A DNA stretch of 64,000 nt. Origin: Octopus vulgaris (lineage: Eukaryota). Location: the NCBI GenBank assembly GCA_951406725.2, contig OX597823.1, forward strand, positions 53,444,001 through 53,508,000, read 5' to 3'. The notes beneath the pieces are model-generated. The model worked only from the letters and a program-made list of their open reading frames with translations. It did not search any database and was not told the DNA's origin. Positions 41,814-56,770 of this stretch are shown here, piece by piece (the stretch's first letter is position 1; each line of letters starts with the position of its first letter). The position numbers and the translations under genes were made by a program.

Positions 41814-43014
41814 ACTGCGTGGAAAAAGTTTTAGTCCCAGCGAAAGTCAGAACATAATGCTTCCATCTTGACAGCTTAATCTATTCAACCAGGTAACTGT
41901 TTCAAACAAATTATGTAACGAACACTGCAAGCAGATTTAACCTCTTTCACGCTGAATTTTGCTTGTATTATCTCTTCCGTTTGATTTGTAAAATGGAAGT
42001 TGATAACGCTGTAAAAATATTTAGTTCATTCAATGATCCGAAGTTTCCAACTTTCAAGACAATTTAAAATCATTATGCCAGTTGTCTTTCCAAACTGGAA
42101 GTGCTTTTTCTGTCTCCAGATCAGAGTTCCTGCATTAAATACGCTGAAATTCTCCATTTTTGTGCTCTACCCCCTTTTATAAGTCTTTTGAAATGCAACG
42201 CTTTCTCCTTGAATGCTATCGCCAATAAAGACAGACGATTAACTCCGTTTATGAATAATTTACACGTTATACTTTACATTTTCCTACGGCTATTTAATCC
42301 ACTTTCTGTTCAGAAATATTAAGCTATTTGTTTGAAACATGCTAAAAGGATATTCAAAAAGTGAAAATTGGACAAAGAGAGATGATGTTTTATAAACTTG
42401 AAGCTTTTCTCGTCCATGACCTTAAATGCTATTATAGCAAATGTAACACATCATCAGTGACTAGTGTATGCTTTCTGACGGCATATCATCCCCATTATAT
42501 ATATATATATGTATATTCGTATGTATGTATGCATGCACGCATATATGTATATTAAAAGCGATATATTACACATATTAAAGAAACGAATTTGTCGAGTGGA
42601 TAAAATAAAATAATGGACTAGCTGCTCGTCAGTCATCACTTTAAAACCACTGCTAATGTTTCGCTATGTTTCTTGAGCAGAACACTTTAATTTACAGTGT
42701 TGCCACAGTTCACACCTTAACTGTCAGCATTAGGGTTCCTTCAGATTACAGTCAATCAGTCGTCCGGACTCTGGTTCTGATAACGGGTTGTGCGTTTGAT
42801 AGATGGACGGACGGACGGATGGATAGATGGATAGATGGATGGATGGATGGATGGATGGATGGATGGGTGGTTTGAATGAGCGTGCGTATGTGTATCACTG
42901 CGTGTGCATGTGTGTATGCGTGCGTAGGTGTGTTTCACATAAAACGCAACGGGCAGAGAATAACCACCACCAGGAAAAGAAAATATCTTCCTTTGCCATA
43001 AGCGATTACGGATA

Positions 43015-43164
<150 letters not shown>

Positions 43165-43173
43165 CATATATGC

Positions 43174-43205
<32 letters not shown>

Positions 43206-43254
43206 GTATGTATATATGTATATATATGTATATATGTATATATATGTATATATT

Positions 43255-43302
<48 letters not shown>

Positions 43303-43706
43303 GGTGTGTACATATATGTATGTATATTATGCGCTGAATTTTCTTAAAACGTTTATACTAAGTACCACATTACCGAATATTCAAATTGTTTGGGTAATAG
43401 ACAATATGATTCAGAGTAACAATTTAAGAAGCTTCGACTTCAAATAAAATTTATAGATTCCATTTCATGATTTGAGGCGTTTTTTTTTTTTTTTCCGTAG
43501 TTCCTAAGCATAAAATGTTCGACAATTCACACATATACACATACATTTATATATATATACTCACACACACATATATATATATAGAGAGAGAGAGAGGGGG
43601 AGAAGAGATGTGCACGGATATATATAGAGAGAGAAAAACATACAAACATGCATGTGTCTGAGTGTGTGGGTAGTTTGTGGTTGGTTATGTATGTACGTGC
43701 ATCTAC

Positions 43707-43774
<68 letters not shown>

Positions 43775-44035
43775 GAGAGCGTGCGCATGTGTATGTATGT
43801 ATTGGTAAATATATATTACCAAACTTGTTAATGAATTATATGCTCTATAAATTAATAGTTTTATTTTTGTTGCTGTTTTGTTTGTGCTTTTTGATCTTTT
43901 TTGTTGTTCTTTTCTTCTTTGTTATTGCTGTTGTTGTTGCTTAACTTTTACTACCCTAACTCTATTTCAGTTCTTGCTGGGGGAATTATGTTTTACACAT
44001 ACACACTCCCTCTCTTTTTTTCTCTCTCTCTCTCT

Positions 44036-44076
<41 letters not shown>

Positions 44077-44113
44077 TGTATCTATATATGATATGATATT
44101 ATATTACAGACAG

Positions 44114-44351
<238 letters not shown>

Positions 44352-44380
44352 GTGTATGTATGCATATATGTGTATATCTT

Positions 44381-45063
44381 CAGGGTTACTGAAAAAGAAT
44401 GAACCGATTTCATTACGCAATATTTTAATAAGGAAAAGCAATTGAAAACTCCAGCTAAGGTGAACGTTTTCTGTGCTGTGTCTCAGGACAACGTTCATGG
44501 TCCTTTTTCTTTGAAGGAAAAACCGTTCATGGCAAACCTATCTCAATAGGCTCCAAAACTGGCTCTTTCTTCACCTCACTGCAAGCAGATTCGCAAGACT
44601 TCATTTTTCAGCAAGATGGAGCACCGCCACATTGGCACCTGATGGTTCGAGCTTTTTTAAACGAAAAAGTGCCCCGGCGATGGATTGGTCGGAAAGGAGT
44701 CCAAGACCATCCTATTTTTGCTTTAATAAAGCCTGCGAACTATCCCCAGACCTCACCGTGTGTGATTTTTTTCTTGTGGGGGATATGTAAAAGATTACGT
44801 TTAAGTTCCACCTTGATGACCTTAAACATTGAATAACAACTGTGATCGACTCGGTGGATCGCGTTATGCTGATGCGCGTCTGGGAGGAATTCTCTTATCG
44901 CATTGATGTTGCCCGTGCTGTAGATGGTAGCCACATTGAACACTTGTAAGACAGGAAGTAAAAGTTGATTGTGAGTAAATACTTGTGACTTAACTGGAGT
45001 TTTCTATTGCTTTTCCTTATCAAAATATTGTGTAATGAAATCGATTCTTTTTGAATAACCTTG
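44381..45063 (+). mobile_element. Internally deleted Tc1/mariner DNA transposon (rosa/DD41D-like transposase remnant)
   Basis: TIRs of ~78 bp (44381-44459 / 44988-45063). Broken frames give VNVFCAVS...FIFQQDGAPPHWHLMVRAFLNEKVPRRWIGR...SPDLTVCDFFLWG...RVWEEFSYRIDV...GSHIEHL*. Confidence 0.92.
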
Positions 45064-45211
45064 TGTATATATATATATATATATATATACCTTGAACAGT
45101 TTGTAAGCAAACTTTCAAGCTTGGTAAACGTGTGTTACTATTTTACAGACAAGGGAGTAAATTTCGAACGCAATATATGTATGTATATATATATATGTGT
45201 GTGTGTGTGTG

Positions 45212-45257
<46 letters not shown>

Positions 45258-45459
45258 TATATATATATATACATACATATATGTATATATACACATATAT
45301 ACATACATATATGTATATATATATATGCATACATATATATACATGTATACATGCACACACATATATACATGCATACATACATGCATATATATACATGTAT
45401 ACATATATATATATATATATATACATACATATATATACATATATACACACATACATATA

Positions 45460-45497
<38 letters not shown>

Positions 45498-46039
45498 TGT
45501 GTTTATTATTCAAATGCAAGTTAAAAGAGGATTGAACAAATACATATGAAATTTATTCTATGTGTACAATATTCATATATAAATGTCTACACGAATACAC
45601 ACACACGCACGCATATACATACACTCACGCACACACACACACACACACAGGCTCTCCTACACACAAACGTGGTTGCTCCTAATCTAAGTTTGATTCTGTG
45701 TTATTGATCTCCACCAATAACTTCTCTTCGTGTGACAACAAACCTTTAGAACAACGACAACGATCCATCAAGGTAAAAACAATTGGTCGTTCTTAGAGCG
45801 GACAAGGAAATTTCCGGATATTTGGAGCATCCATCCTGGCCGAATGCCGGATTTTAAGTGCCACAAAACACTTTTATTTGATTTATTTCATTGGGTGTCA
45901 TTTGATAACACCAACGACGTATCGTTATCATCAGCCCGAAAAACTGTTTTTGATGATCTACGTTTGCTTCTTTTGCAAGTATTTTTGTGGGGTGGGGGGG
46001 AAAAATAACTGACAATTATAACAAGAATTAGAACAACAG

Positions 46040-46079
46040 CAACAACGACAATAACAACAACAACAACAACAACAACAAC

Positions 46080-46123
<44 letters not shown>

Positions 46124-46181
46124 TGATGATGATGATGATGATTTTGATATTGATGATGATGATGATAATAATAATAATAAC

Positions 46182-46239
<58 letters not shown>

Positions 46240-46245
46240 GTAGTA

Positions 46246-46288
<43 letters not shown>

Positions 46289-46374
46289 TGATGATGATCA
46301 TGATTTTTTTTAAAGCCACTAAGGTGAAGGATGAACGGAGATACGGAGAATTTACAAAAACAGTAGTAGTAGTG

Positions 46375-46458
<84 letters not shown>

Positions 46459-46460
46459 AT
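46040..46460. repeat. Compound trinucleotide array (AAC/AAT/GAT/TAG)
   Basis: Direct inspection. Confidence 0.95.
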
Positions 46461-46673
46461 GATTTCTTTTCATTAGCCACAGGGCCATAATAATTGTTTC
46501 AATTTAGGGTGTAGGGTAGTACTTGACTGGTACTTTATGTTATCGACCCACTGTAAAGAGGAAAACCCAAAGGTGATCTCGGCAGGATTCGAGCAACAAC
46601 GGCAACAACCACTATTAACAAAAATAACAATAATAATAATAATAATAACAACAACAACAACTACAACAATAAT

Positions 46674-47232
46674 ATGCCCTGAAGCAGTACAAGGCAGTGG
46701 CTTTCATGGCTTCTGATCTTAACTGGTTGGAAGTGTTATCATGTACATTGTTTTGTCTTGGTCTAAAAGATAGGCTACAGCAAATATTCTTCTCAATACC
46801 ACAGATTTGCTTTTCAGTTGCTCGACCTTAACCAGTTGAGCATCTCCCTTAGTGGTTGACGATATGTACAACTCTGACCACGAGCAGAAGTAGTGGAGGA
46901 GCATCATAGCCGTGTTTTGAAAGGAATTCTAAAAGGTTTGGATAATTCACCTTTGGAAACATGGATGGTTCGTTCAACATGCTTAAACAATCCTCATTCG
47001 GGGACCTTTTGAGCGGTATGGGCTACTCGACAAAAGAAAATTCTAACTGGGCCCCACTTGTAAGGTCATGTGCTGTTTATCATGAAATGAGATCACTATG
47101 TCGCGCACATATAGTTGTGATGCATGTGCCTGGTGTACCCTTATCAGACGAGTAGTCGTGATGGGTATATTGGGCTTCGTATATCTCTACCTCGGTGTCA
47201 GTTTGATGGCATGCACTGCTCTCTCACTCAAT
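46674..47232 (+). mobile_element. ~560-bp non-coding retroelement-like segment inserted in (AAT)n; possibly the 3' UTR of an R4/Dong-like LINE
   Basis: Complex, higher-GC block bounded by AAT/AAC repeats on both sides, ending CTCTCTCACTC-(AAT)n. Clade assignment is inferred from target preference. Confidence 0.5.
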
Positions 47233-48453
47233 AATAATACTAATAATAATAATAATAATGATAATAATAATAATTTAATTTAACTTAAAAAATTTTTTTT
47301 TTTTTAAATGAACGAACTATTGAGTTTGGTTTAATGGTCTACCAATGTATACTATGAGTTTCTTTGCCCTAGGAGTCGGGAAGACACTCGGCAAGAAATG
47401 GAAGCAAATTTGAAAGAAGAAAAAAAATAATAATAATAATAATAATAAAAATAATAATATTGATAAACAAAGGGAGAAATATATGAAAATATATAAAAAC
47501 AGTACTAATAATGATGAAGATGATGATTCAGAGAGGCAGAGGAGGAGAGGGAATGAAAGAAAGTCGGAAGCTGAAAGAACACTAGTATGTAATGAAAGAT
47601 AAAGAATCAATAACTCATAATTTGTAAAGAATTTAGTTTTTATCTCAGGGATACATGAACTGAGTGAGGGAATTTGTCGTATGATTTTGCTTCCTTGCTT
47701 TGCTTTTTATTTGTATTATTTTCTGTTGTTATTTTTCTTTATTTTCTGCCCCCCATATCTCTTCTTTTATTGTTTGGTATCATCATTATCATCATCTTCA
47801 CATTGTTGTTTTTGTTGTTGTTGTTGTTGTTGCTGTTATTGTCGTTGTTGTTGTTGTTGTTGTTGTGATAGATTTCGTTTCATATTTGCGTAGTAAGTAG
47901 ATACGAAAAAGAAACGCTGTAGTTTTATCATCGTTATTATTATATTTCTTGAAGAAAAGTTTTACGTACAAAGGTAGAAGAAAAGACCAGAAATGCAAAA
48001 GAAGGTTTCATCAAAAAGCGAAATGGTCAGGAAGGAAGTAAAAGAGATAGAGAAAGAAAGAAAGAAAGAAAGAAAGGAGGAAAAGAAACAAACAAACAAA
48101 CAAAAAAGGAACGGAAGCGTGGTGGGGGGGGTCGGGAGAGGGGGCGGTTCAGGCAGGAAGAAAGAAAGTAAGACTTAGGTATAGTTTTGTTGTGAGATGA
48201 GTTTTTAATGAACAGGCTTTGAAGGTGATACTTATAAACGGTTAGTTTAGAAGTTCGCTTATCTAGATATCGCAGAAATACGCTTCGAAAATATGTTTGT
48301 GATTTTTCTATATGTGTGTGTATGTGCTCGTGTGTAAGATACATAGATAGATAGACAGAGAGAGAGTGAGAGAAAGAGAGTGAGAGAGAGCGTGTGTGCG
48401 AGTTTTTATGGCCATGACTATGGTTGTGTGTATATGTGTATGTGCATATATAA

Positions 48454-48515
<62 letters not shown>

Positions 48516-48879
48516 CAACAGACAGAGACAGTGAGAGATAGATGTATACATTCATACATACACAAACACACACATACATACATACATACATGCGTGTATA
48601 TATTTATAAACATAGATGTGCGTATATAAATATAAGTACATATGTATATATGTGTATAAAGACATATACACGTGCGTGCATTTACATTATAACAAACAGG
48701 AAAAACCTACTCAATACCAGATATAGAGTATAACCATTTTTTACCACAGTTGTTTTCCTCTATTACTTTAAGTTTCATGAATACTAGATCACTATTAGTC
48801 TTTAAAGCGTATTTTCAGCAGAGTACACATAAAACACCTTTTCTAAGGTAAAAGACTATCTTTGGTCCTGGTAAATCAG

Positions 48880-49500
48880 TATTTAGCTTAAATTTTAGAT
48901 GTGTTTTACTAATCTGATCTTTTAATAGTCTGTGTATTGGCTATATTTTTGGCAATATATTTAGCCTCGCTGCAATTCATAATTTACAGGTATAGGAAAA
49001 TGTTTGAAATCTTAATGTTTCTGAGCATGTGGACGTTTTCAAGCATGAAGGCACGAAGAAAAATGTCCTTCTCTCATTTTTCTGATGTGGCTAGTAACAT
49101 TCAGAATGTTGAAATTTTCGGTTCTGCATAGCTAACACTTAGCTGGGAGAATTGATTCAGCCAGTTTGGTAAAGTTTGTATATAAGGTTTAGATTGGCTA
49201 TGGACTAAGCTGTAGATTTCATTAAAATCAAAATTTCGTACCAGTACCTATACAGTCTTTTTCTTGATGCCTTTCCGTAATACAGGATTCCCACCACTTT
49301 AGTGAAAGTTATAGCGACGATCATATAGGTTTTACTATTGATGTTGGTACAACATTCTTCATTTGTGTCTAATTACATTACATTCTGATTAAAATCTTTC
49401 CTTTCATTCCAGATTTTACACCAAATTGATTTAAGATTTTTTCAGAGAAACAGCTCTTTTTACAAAGATTTTGTTTCTCTTCATTTCCAGCACCACACCT
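48880..49500 (-). mobile_element. Decayed RTE-like LINE reverse transcriptase fragment
   Basis: Minus-strand order of echoes: KIWNE.K, NYR-like block, FDFNEIYSLVHSQS (cf. FIDFKKAYDSVHRES), then a QGD.LSP-like block; multiple stops. Confidence 0.55.
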
Positions 49501-50143
49501 TATGGAGTCGAGACAAAGTTGTGGTTAATACTGGCTTGCTCTAAAAAAATTTTTCGATAACGGAGTTTTTCTGGGTCTTGAGTTCATTGTTTCGAGTTAT
49601 TAGTTTTTCCTTAAGATTTTGAGTAGAACTTCTGTACACTTTTGCTAATTTTCCCATGAAATAGTGTTCCTGTACTGTGTGAACTTATTGTTCGCTTTAC
49701 ATTATTATAGTACTTAACTCAGATTCTGCGCCGGAGATCGTTTATGTTTTCATCTAGTGTCGTTACCCACCTAGGTTGTTTATGTGGAGTTTCTTCATCA
49801 CTATGTCTCCCGGGTGTTCCTTCCGAATGACAGCAACCGTATACAGGACGGTATTGCTATTCCAATACAAGTTACCATACCTTTTTCATCACACCTAGCG
49901 ATATCGCCAATAACTTTTAACTTGACAGTTATTAGAGGTTTTTTTCTCAACTCACCTCAATAAAGGCCTGTTATTTACCGATAGCTTAGAGAGGTTGGAA
50001 AAATTGCTTTCAAACTTTGTTTTGTTAAAATTATTTTAAGCAGTATATATTTTACTGTCATCTTTGTTTTTCTATCTCTATATATGAATGTGGATATGTT
50101 TGCGTGCGTATGCACGCGTGTATGTCTGTGTTCCTATATATAT

Positions 50144-50460
<317 letters not shown>

Positions 50461-50949
50461 TTATGCGTGTACGTGTGTATCTATATTTGTATAAGTATGT
50501 ATATACGTGTGTGTATCTATATATATGTGTGTGTGTATCTATATATGCATGTGTATGCATTGTGTGTGTGCATGTATATTGTAAATGTAAATATGTATAT
50601 GCCTATGTGTGTGTTCAGTTCACAGTTACTACACATCCTTCTAGTCACTTTCGTTCATCACTTGTAATACCCATATTTTATTTATTTATTTTATTTAAGC
50701 ACCCGTCAGTAAAATGGCAGAGGCAGTAAAATTCGTTGAAACTTTGCGTTAATTTCCCCTTCTTCAGATTTGATATTGATCAATTAGACTGTTAATACAA
50801 TGGGATGGGAGAGTTACTCTGAAATATATATTTGATTTACTTCATAAAAGTGAAAAGAAACAGAAAGAGAAGGCAAAAAGAAATTTAAAAAATGGGTTGG
50901 AGAAATAAAGAAACAAACAAACAAAGAAAAAAAGTATCTTTTCCCTTTT

Positions 50950-51176
50950 TTTTTTTCTGCGACCATGCCGGGGTATCATCTAAAAGGGTTTGTTTTCAGT
51001 TGAATAAATCAACCCCAGTTCACTTTTCTTTTTTTTTTTTTTTCGTTTCATATTTATCCTATCGATCTCTTCACCGAACCGCTAAGTAACCAATCCCGGC
51101 TGTCAAGTAGTGATGGGGGACAAACAAACACAAATACCATGATACATACACATAGGTGTACGTGTGTGTGTGAATG

Positions 51177-51234
<58 letters not shown>

Positions 51235-51572
51235 TGTGTGTGTGTGTGTATGTGTGTGTGTGTGTGTATACGAGCCAGTTGACAAACGAAATAAAAATGT
51301 AATCAACATATTTGATACGATTATTTAAAACATTTTGGTTCGGCTCCAAGTGACTTAAGGTTTCACAGGCTTCTAACAGAAACCTGGGCTCGTTCGGGTT
51401 CAGATTACCGAAGGGCTTCTTTCTGTTTCCCTCTACCAAATCCACTCACAAGGCTTTGGTCAGCCCGTGACAATAGTAGAAGATACTTGCCCTAGGTGTC
51501 ACGCAGTGGGGTTGAACCCGGAACCATATGGTTGGGAAGCAAACTTCTTACCACACAGCAACGGCGGCGCCT
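50950..51572 (-). mobile_element. SINE family A with ~140-bp foreign insert
   Basis: Head 51413-51572, tail part 50950-51135, unrelated sequence at ~51273-51412. Confidence 0.8.
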
Positions 51573-52127
51573 AATGTGTATCATAAAACTACTAGTATCC
51601 TAATGAGGTCTGTCTTAAGCTAAAAGAGAAATTAAATAATTTGTAATCCTTGTTTTCTGCGATAGAATTTTGACTTAGGGCGATATCTATCTATATTCTG
51701 CTGGAGAGGAAGGATTGAAAGTAAGTTCTGAAAAAACTACAACTTACCTTTCATAAATTCTTTTTTGTCTTGTCTGAAACGAATGCTTAAGATATCCTCA
51801 TCATCACCATCGTCATGATCATCTTCATCATTATCATCAACATCATCATCATCATCATCATCATCATCACCATCATCTTTTTTCTTCTTCGTCCTCATCC
51901 TCCTCTTTATTATCATCATCATCATCTTCATCATCCCACTTCTCCTTATACTCCTCTTTCTTCCCCCTCCTCATCATCATCTTCATTAGCATCAGGTACC
52001 ACCTATTCTCAGCAGGTTGAAATATATGGGGCCGCCATCTCGAACTTTCTTGTGTATTTCCCTGATATACTTAACAGTTCACCAAGTTGCAAGTTCGTCA
52101 CATTCTTGAAAATATTCAAACACGTTT

Positions 52128-52260
52128 GCCACCGAGGTCATATTTGCCTCTCATCCTTTCGGGATCAATAAAATAAGTATCAATAGAGTACTGGGGTCGA
52201 TAAAAAATCGACTAGCCACCTTCTCCAAGATTTCAAGCCCTGTGCCTAGAGTAGAAAGGA
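52128..52260 (+). mobile_element. SINE family B, 3' part (TAGAGTAGAAAG tail)
   Basis: GCCACCGAGGTCATATTTGCCTCTCATCCTTTCGGG...CTGGGGTCGAT...TGTGCCTAGAGTAGAAAG. Confidence 0.78.
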
Positions 52261-52871
52261 CATCATCCAAACACGCTTCGATTTCTCAATCAGAGTTATT
52301 TCAATGAATAACTAATTAGAAATATTCTGAATATTTATATAATTCTATATATTTAGACTAGCATATGCATATATATATATATATATTTATATATTGGCGG
52401 TACCCCAACCTAGCCAAAGCCTCAAGGCTGAAGCATATAAAAGAATAAAAGAAAAAAGAATATATTATAAATATATGTATATATATTTGCATATATATAT
52501 ATATAAAATGTATTCTATTATTCTCTTTCTCTATATATATATTATATATATTATATATATACACATACATATTATATATTATATATACAAGTATATATAT
52601 TTTATATACATATACATATATACATATTTATTATATTTATACATATATACATACATATATACATATATATTACATATGTATATACACACATATATTATAT
52701 ATATATATATATATTAGATATATGTATATTATTATACATTATATATATATTATATATATTGTATATACATAATTTACATACATACATCATAAATATATTT
52801 TATATATATGCATATATTATATATATATATACTATATATCTTATATATATACACACATATATATTATATAA

Positions 52872-53058
52872 CTAAATGTGTATCATTGGCGATTTTCTTC
52901 CTCCTTCTTCCCTTCTATTGGACTTTCCTCTGTTTCCGAAGAAGGGCGTCTACTCGAAACGTTAAACCATCTTTCTTTCCTTCCTTGAGCGTCTGCTAAT
53001 ACTTTACATCTGCCACATCCTCACGTTGTTATTTTTCGTGTTTGTTCTTTTTTGGATT

Positions 53059-53062
<4 letters not shown>
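52872..53062 (+). mobile_element. Second (TA)n-flanked element with variant hammerhead motif
   Basis: GTTT-CCGAAGA-A-GGGC-gtct-ACTC-GAAACGT-T-AAAC at 52932-52967; shares the downstream GCGT...CTAAT block and T-rich end with 50144-50332. Confidence 0.62.
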
Positions 53063-53090
<28 letters not shown>

Positions 53091-53094
<4 letters not shown>

Positions 53095-53450
53095 GGTTCC
53101 GGGTTCGGTCCCACTGCATGGCACATTGGGCAAGTGTTTTCTACAATAGCCTCGGGCCGACCAAAGCCTTGTGAGTGGATTTGGTAGACGGAAACTGAAA
53201 GAAACCCGTCGTATAATTATATATATGTATGTGTGTGTATATGCTTGTGTGTCTGTGTTTGTCCCCCTAGCATCGCTTGACAACCGATGGTGGTGTGTTT
53301 ACATCCCCGTAACTTAGCGGTTAGGAAAAAGAGACTGATAGAATATGTACTAGGCTTACAAAGAATTAGCCCTGGGGTCGATTTGCTCGACTAAAGACGG
53401 TGCTCCAGCATGGTCGCAGTCAAATGACTGAAAGAAGTAAAAGAGAAAAG
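53091..53450 (+). mobile_element. SINE family A, 5'-truncated
   Basis: Starts at ACATGGTTCCGGGTTCGG directly after (TA)n; intact body and GGTGCTCCAGCATGGTCGCAGTCAAATGACTGAAA tail. Confidence 0.92.
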
Positions 53451-53454
53451 TAAT

Positions 53455-53584
<130 letters not shown>

Positions 53585-54940
53585 TGTATATATGTATGTA
53601 TGTATATATTCTTGTTTGTCGATTGTTCATCCTCTCCATTTTCTTATTCACCTTATATGTGTGTGGGAGGATGTATGTGTATGTATATATGCATATATAT
53701 ATCTACATTTATACATACAGGAGTGGTGATATAAAAACCTCCGCCCAGAAGAAATCGGTTGTTACTTAATCATAACCAACGGCGCAAAACCACGCTGGTG
53801 TTCAGCATTCGCTAATGAGGTTATAATGAGACCAAGATATGTTCAGAGTAGTCTCCCGTATTTGTTAAAATAATATTAGCTACTGATATTTTTTTCTTCT
53901 TACACAATTATTTCTTGTTAACTTTTTAATGTACTCTGCATTGATTAGATTAACAATAACCTAAATTTTCTTCCTTGTGTATCTTTCTTATACTGGCTAT
54001 TGGTATGATTGTTATATTCCTGGGCAGGCAAGGTAATACAACACTCGTCGTGGTGAAGGTTATTTACCACCGAGCAACAACCAGCCATTATTCTTTAAAT
54101 TAAGCTATGGTTTCATTCTGAAAAACCAAAGAAAATAAGAACAGACATATTTGTATTTTGCTATGTTCTACAAAAAATAAATCCATTCTTTTAACAAAAC
54201 TATTTTAAACACTTTCTTTTTCTTTCTTCTTTTTTTACATGACTTGTATCTTCTTTTTCATTTATTTTACTTTTGTTTTTGTTTAATTGATTTATCTTTG
54301 TTTTTTTCCTATATTATTGTTATTATTATTATTATTTTTTTATTTATCCTAGGCCCTTATATCTCGCAGATAGCCTAATAGGATGATATCTGATTGGTCA
54401 GTTTGGCATCCCCTTTTAAAGATCAATTAGCGTGGAGGTAGTAGTGAAATGAGTAAAAAGCATCTGTCACTGGAAGTTGACCCCATCCATATATGGCTAT
54501 CTGTTAAATATTCTGAAGAGATTCGATTGGACAGCGACCACGCACCAACTGAACAACTAAATGACTAACTACTACTACTCACTAACTTTGCTCCCCAATT
54601 TCTTTCGACTAAAAACAGTAGCTTTAACTTCTGCTTAGTCTGTGCTTTCGAAGAGAACTTGACATTCGGACTAACTGCGAAATGATGACCACAGGACGGT
54701 AAGTAACATAGTCCATCGATATTTTTCAACATTTGGCTCGATGAAAAATATCTAAAGACATAGATTGAAACAATATTAATAATATTCAGTATCAACTTGT
54801 TAATGTGATATATTATTATTATTATTAACCCATACACATGTTTTTCATACCTGATACACGTATTTTAAAAAGCATTTGGACTGCCCTTTCGTTTGATCAA
54901 TTAACAAACAGGAAATATGCACATGTGATCCTTCTACATG

Positions 54941-54982
54941 TAATTCCTGGATTGCTAAGAATTCTTAGCAATCCAGAAATTA
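54941..54982. repeat. Perfect 30-bp palindrome (54947-54976), 42 bp with one mismatched pair
   Basis: CTGGATTGCTAAGAA|TTCTTAGCAATCCAG. Confidence 0.95.
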
Positions 54983-55049
54983 TCAATATATAGTCGTTCT
55001 GGCGACAGGAGGTGGTAGTGACCCTAAAGCACATCGATATTCTGTACAT

Positions 55050-56321
55050 TTCCTTTGATTACAAAAACTAAAACAAAACACAATGGAAATGTTCCCTCCG
55101 CTTCTCTAACATCAATATTTTCTTATCTAAATCATACCTCACAGATCACCACTTCACAACCAAAAAAAAAAACATATCTTGTTCCTCTCTCACCCCTTAT
55201 TTATAAAACATCTCTTTTGTCCCGGCTACACCTTTTATTTAAACGTCGCTTCGAAAGGTGGTATCTACGACCATGTAGATTCACTCTCATCACTACAACT
55301 CACCTTTCTCTCTAGTATCAGCAACAAAAATCTTCCAGTTACTCTGGCTCAAAATTCTCCGCCTTCACTCCTCTTAATATACCTGCTTTTCCACAACTCT
55401 ATTAACTCCTGCAAACACCAACAATTCTTCGATTATATCTATTTTTATATTGCGAACCTCTATCTTGTTTCACACTTATCTAAATTAATCATCTTCTGTC
55501 ACTTCAATGCTTAACCTCGAGCTCTTTCTCCCTTCCAGACCCAAACTCACCCAAACTATCCCGTCTCTGCACCTAAGGAGACATTTTATCACTGTCTTAT
55601 TGCGACAACCTATCAAATATCCACATACAAACCAACGCATCCCACTTACCGGGCTGTATGTCACTTCAAGTCAGCTGACTTAGCAGGAACTCCACTTTTT
55701 CTATGCTAACTATCCTTAGCGTCACATACGCTTCATATCTGACATCAGAAATAGCTGAATATGTGATTAAAACTATCCTTTAGGTTCACCTCTCAACACT
55801 CCACACACAACCAAAACCCGAATCAGCAAGTCTTCCAAATAGTTAAATCATAGATGCATTGCAAACACAACCGACAGCACTCGGAGAAGATCTCATACAT
55901 ATACAAATTGAATGATTCTGCTCCAACACCTTCATTCCTGCACTATCTTCATCTCAGCCGCAAAGGATGTCTCTGTGCATTGCACAGCCTCCAAGAAACA
56001 GGTGTAGAGATCTTTTTGGTAAATGCCAAAAAGATCTCTAGCAACATGTTGGAATTTGCCTTTCTGCCACTTCTCAAATATGATGCTTTTATAAGCAATA
56101 CTCACGCGGAATATATACCCATATTGCTACCCGTTTTGCATACACTATACACATTTGATAAATCTCAAAAAGCATCCCTTCCTACCCACTAACACACACA
56201 CACACACACACAGTACGAAAGCAACTCCTGTCGCTTCAAACCAACGAGGTCAAAAGCCCTGACGTACCCCTCAAACAATGCATCCCAAGGTTAGGCCCTA
56301 TATTTACCAGCCTTTCCAATT

Positions 56322-56325
<4 letters not shown>
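55050..56325 (+). mobile_element. Decayed CR1/L2-group LINE ORF2 (AP endonuclease to pre-RT region)
   Basis: CPGYTF...KGGIY, LWLKI, FFDY, IIFCHFNA (cf. IILGDFNA), HCLI, and later SPDVPLKQCIPRLGPIFTSL (cf. GPDGIP..LK.CAPELAPI), in the correct order with C-rich sense-strand bias. Confidence 0.7.
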
Positions 56326-56379
<54 letters not shown>

Positions 56380-56770
56380 CTCGCTCTCTCTCTCTCTCTC
56401 TCCATGAGTAGAATCGGAAACGAATATCCGACTCGGAGTCGATTTTTGGTTATAAATAGTTCATTCTAGGAGCTATTTTTATGGGAGAAAGACATAAATG
56501 AAACCTTTCGCACTTTTTTTACCTTTTAAAGTCGATAGGATGAAACTCTTGGGGATAATTCTTTTTGTGATTAAATGTTTTTCAACTATTTCTGTTGCTC
56601 TGTTTTTCAACTGATGCGTAGTTAATTTTAGAATCTTTGGAATTTACATGGTGAGGGTGAGTAGCAATGACTTTAATATTTTAAACACTCCTATCGGATG
56701 ATGGCGGTCGGAATAATGTAGTGAAGTCTGGAAGTTAATAATATTTAATTGTTGTGGTTTAGTCGTAGAT

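Noticed and set aside
41528-41857. Poly-Glu / poly-Lys ORFs
   Set aside because: Pure (GAA)n tract without splice or start context.
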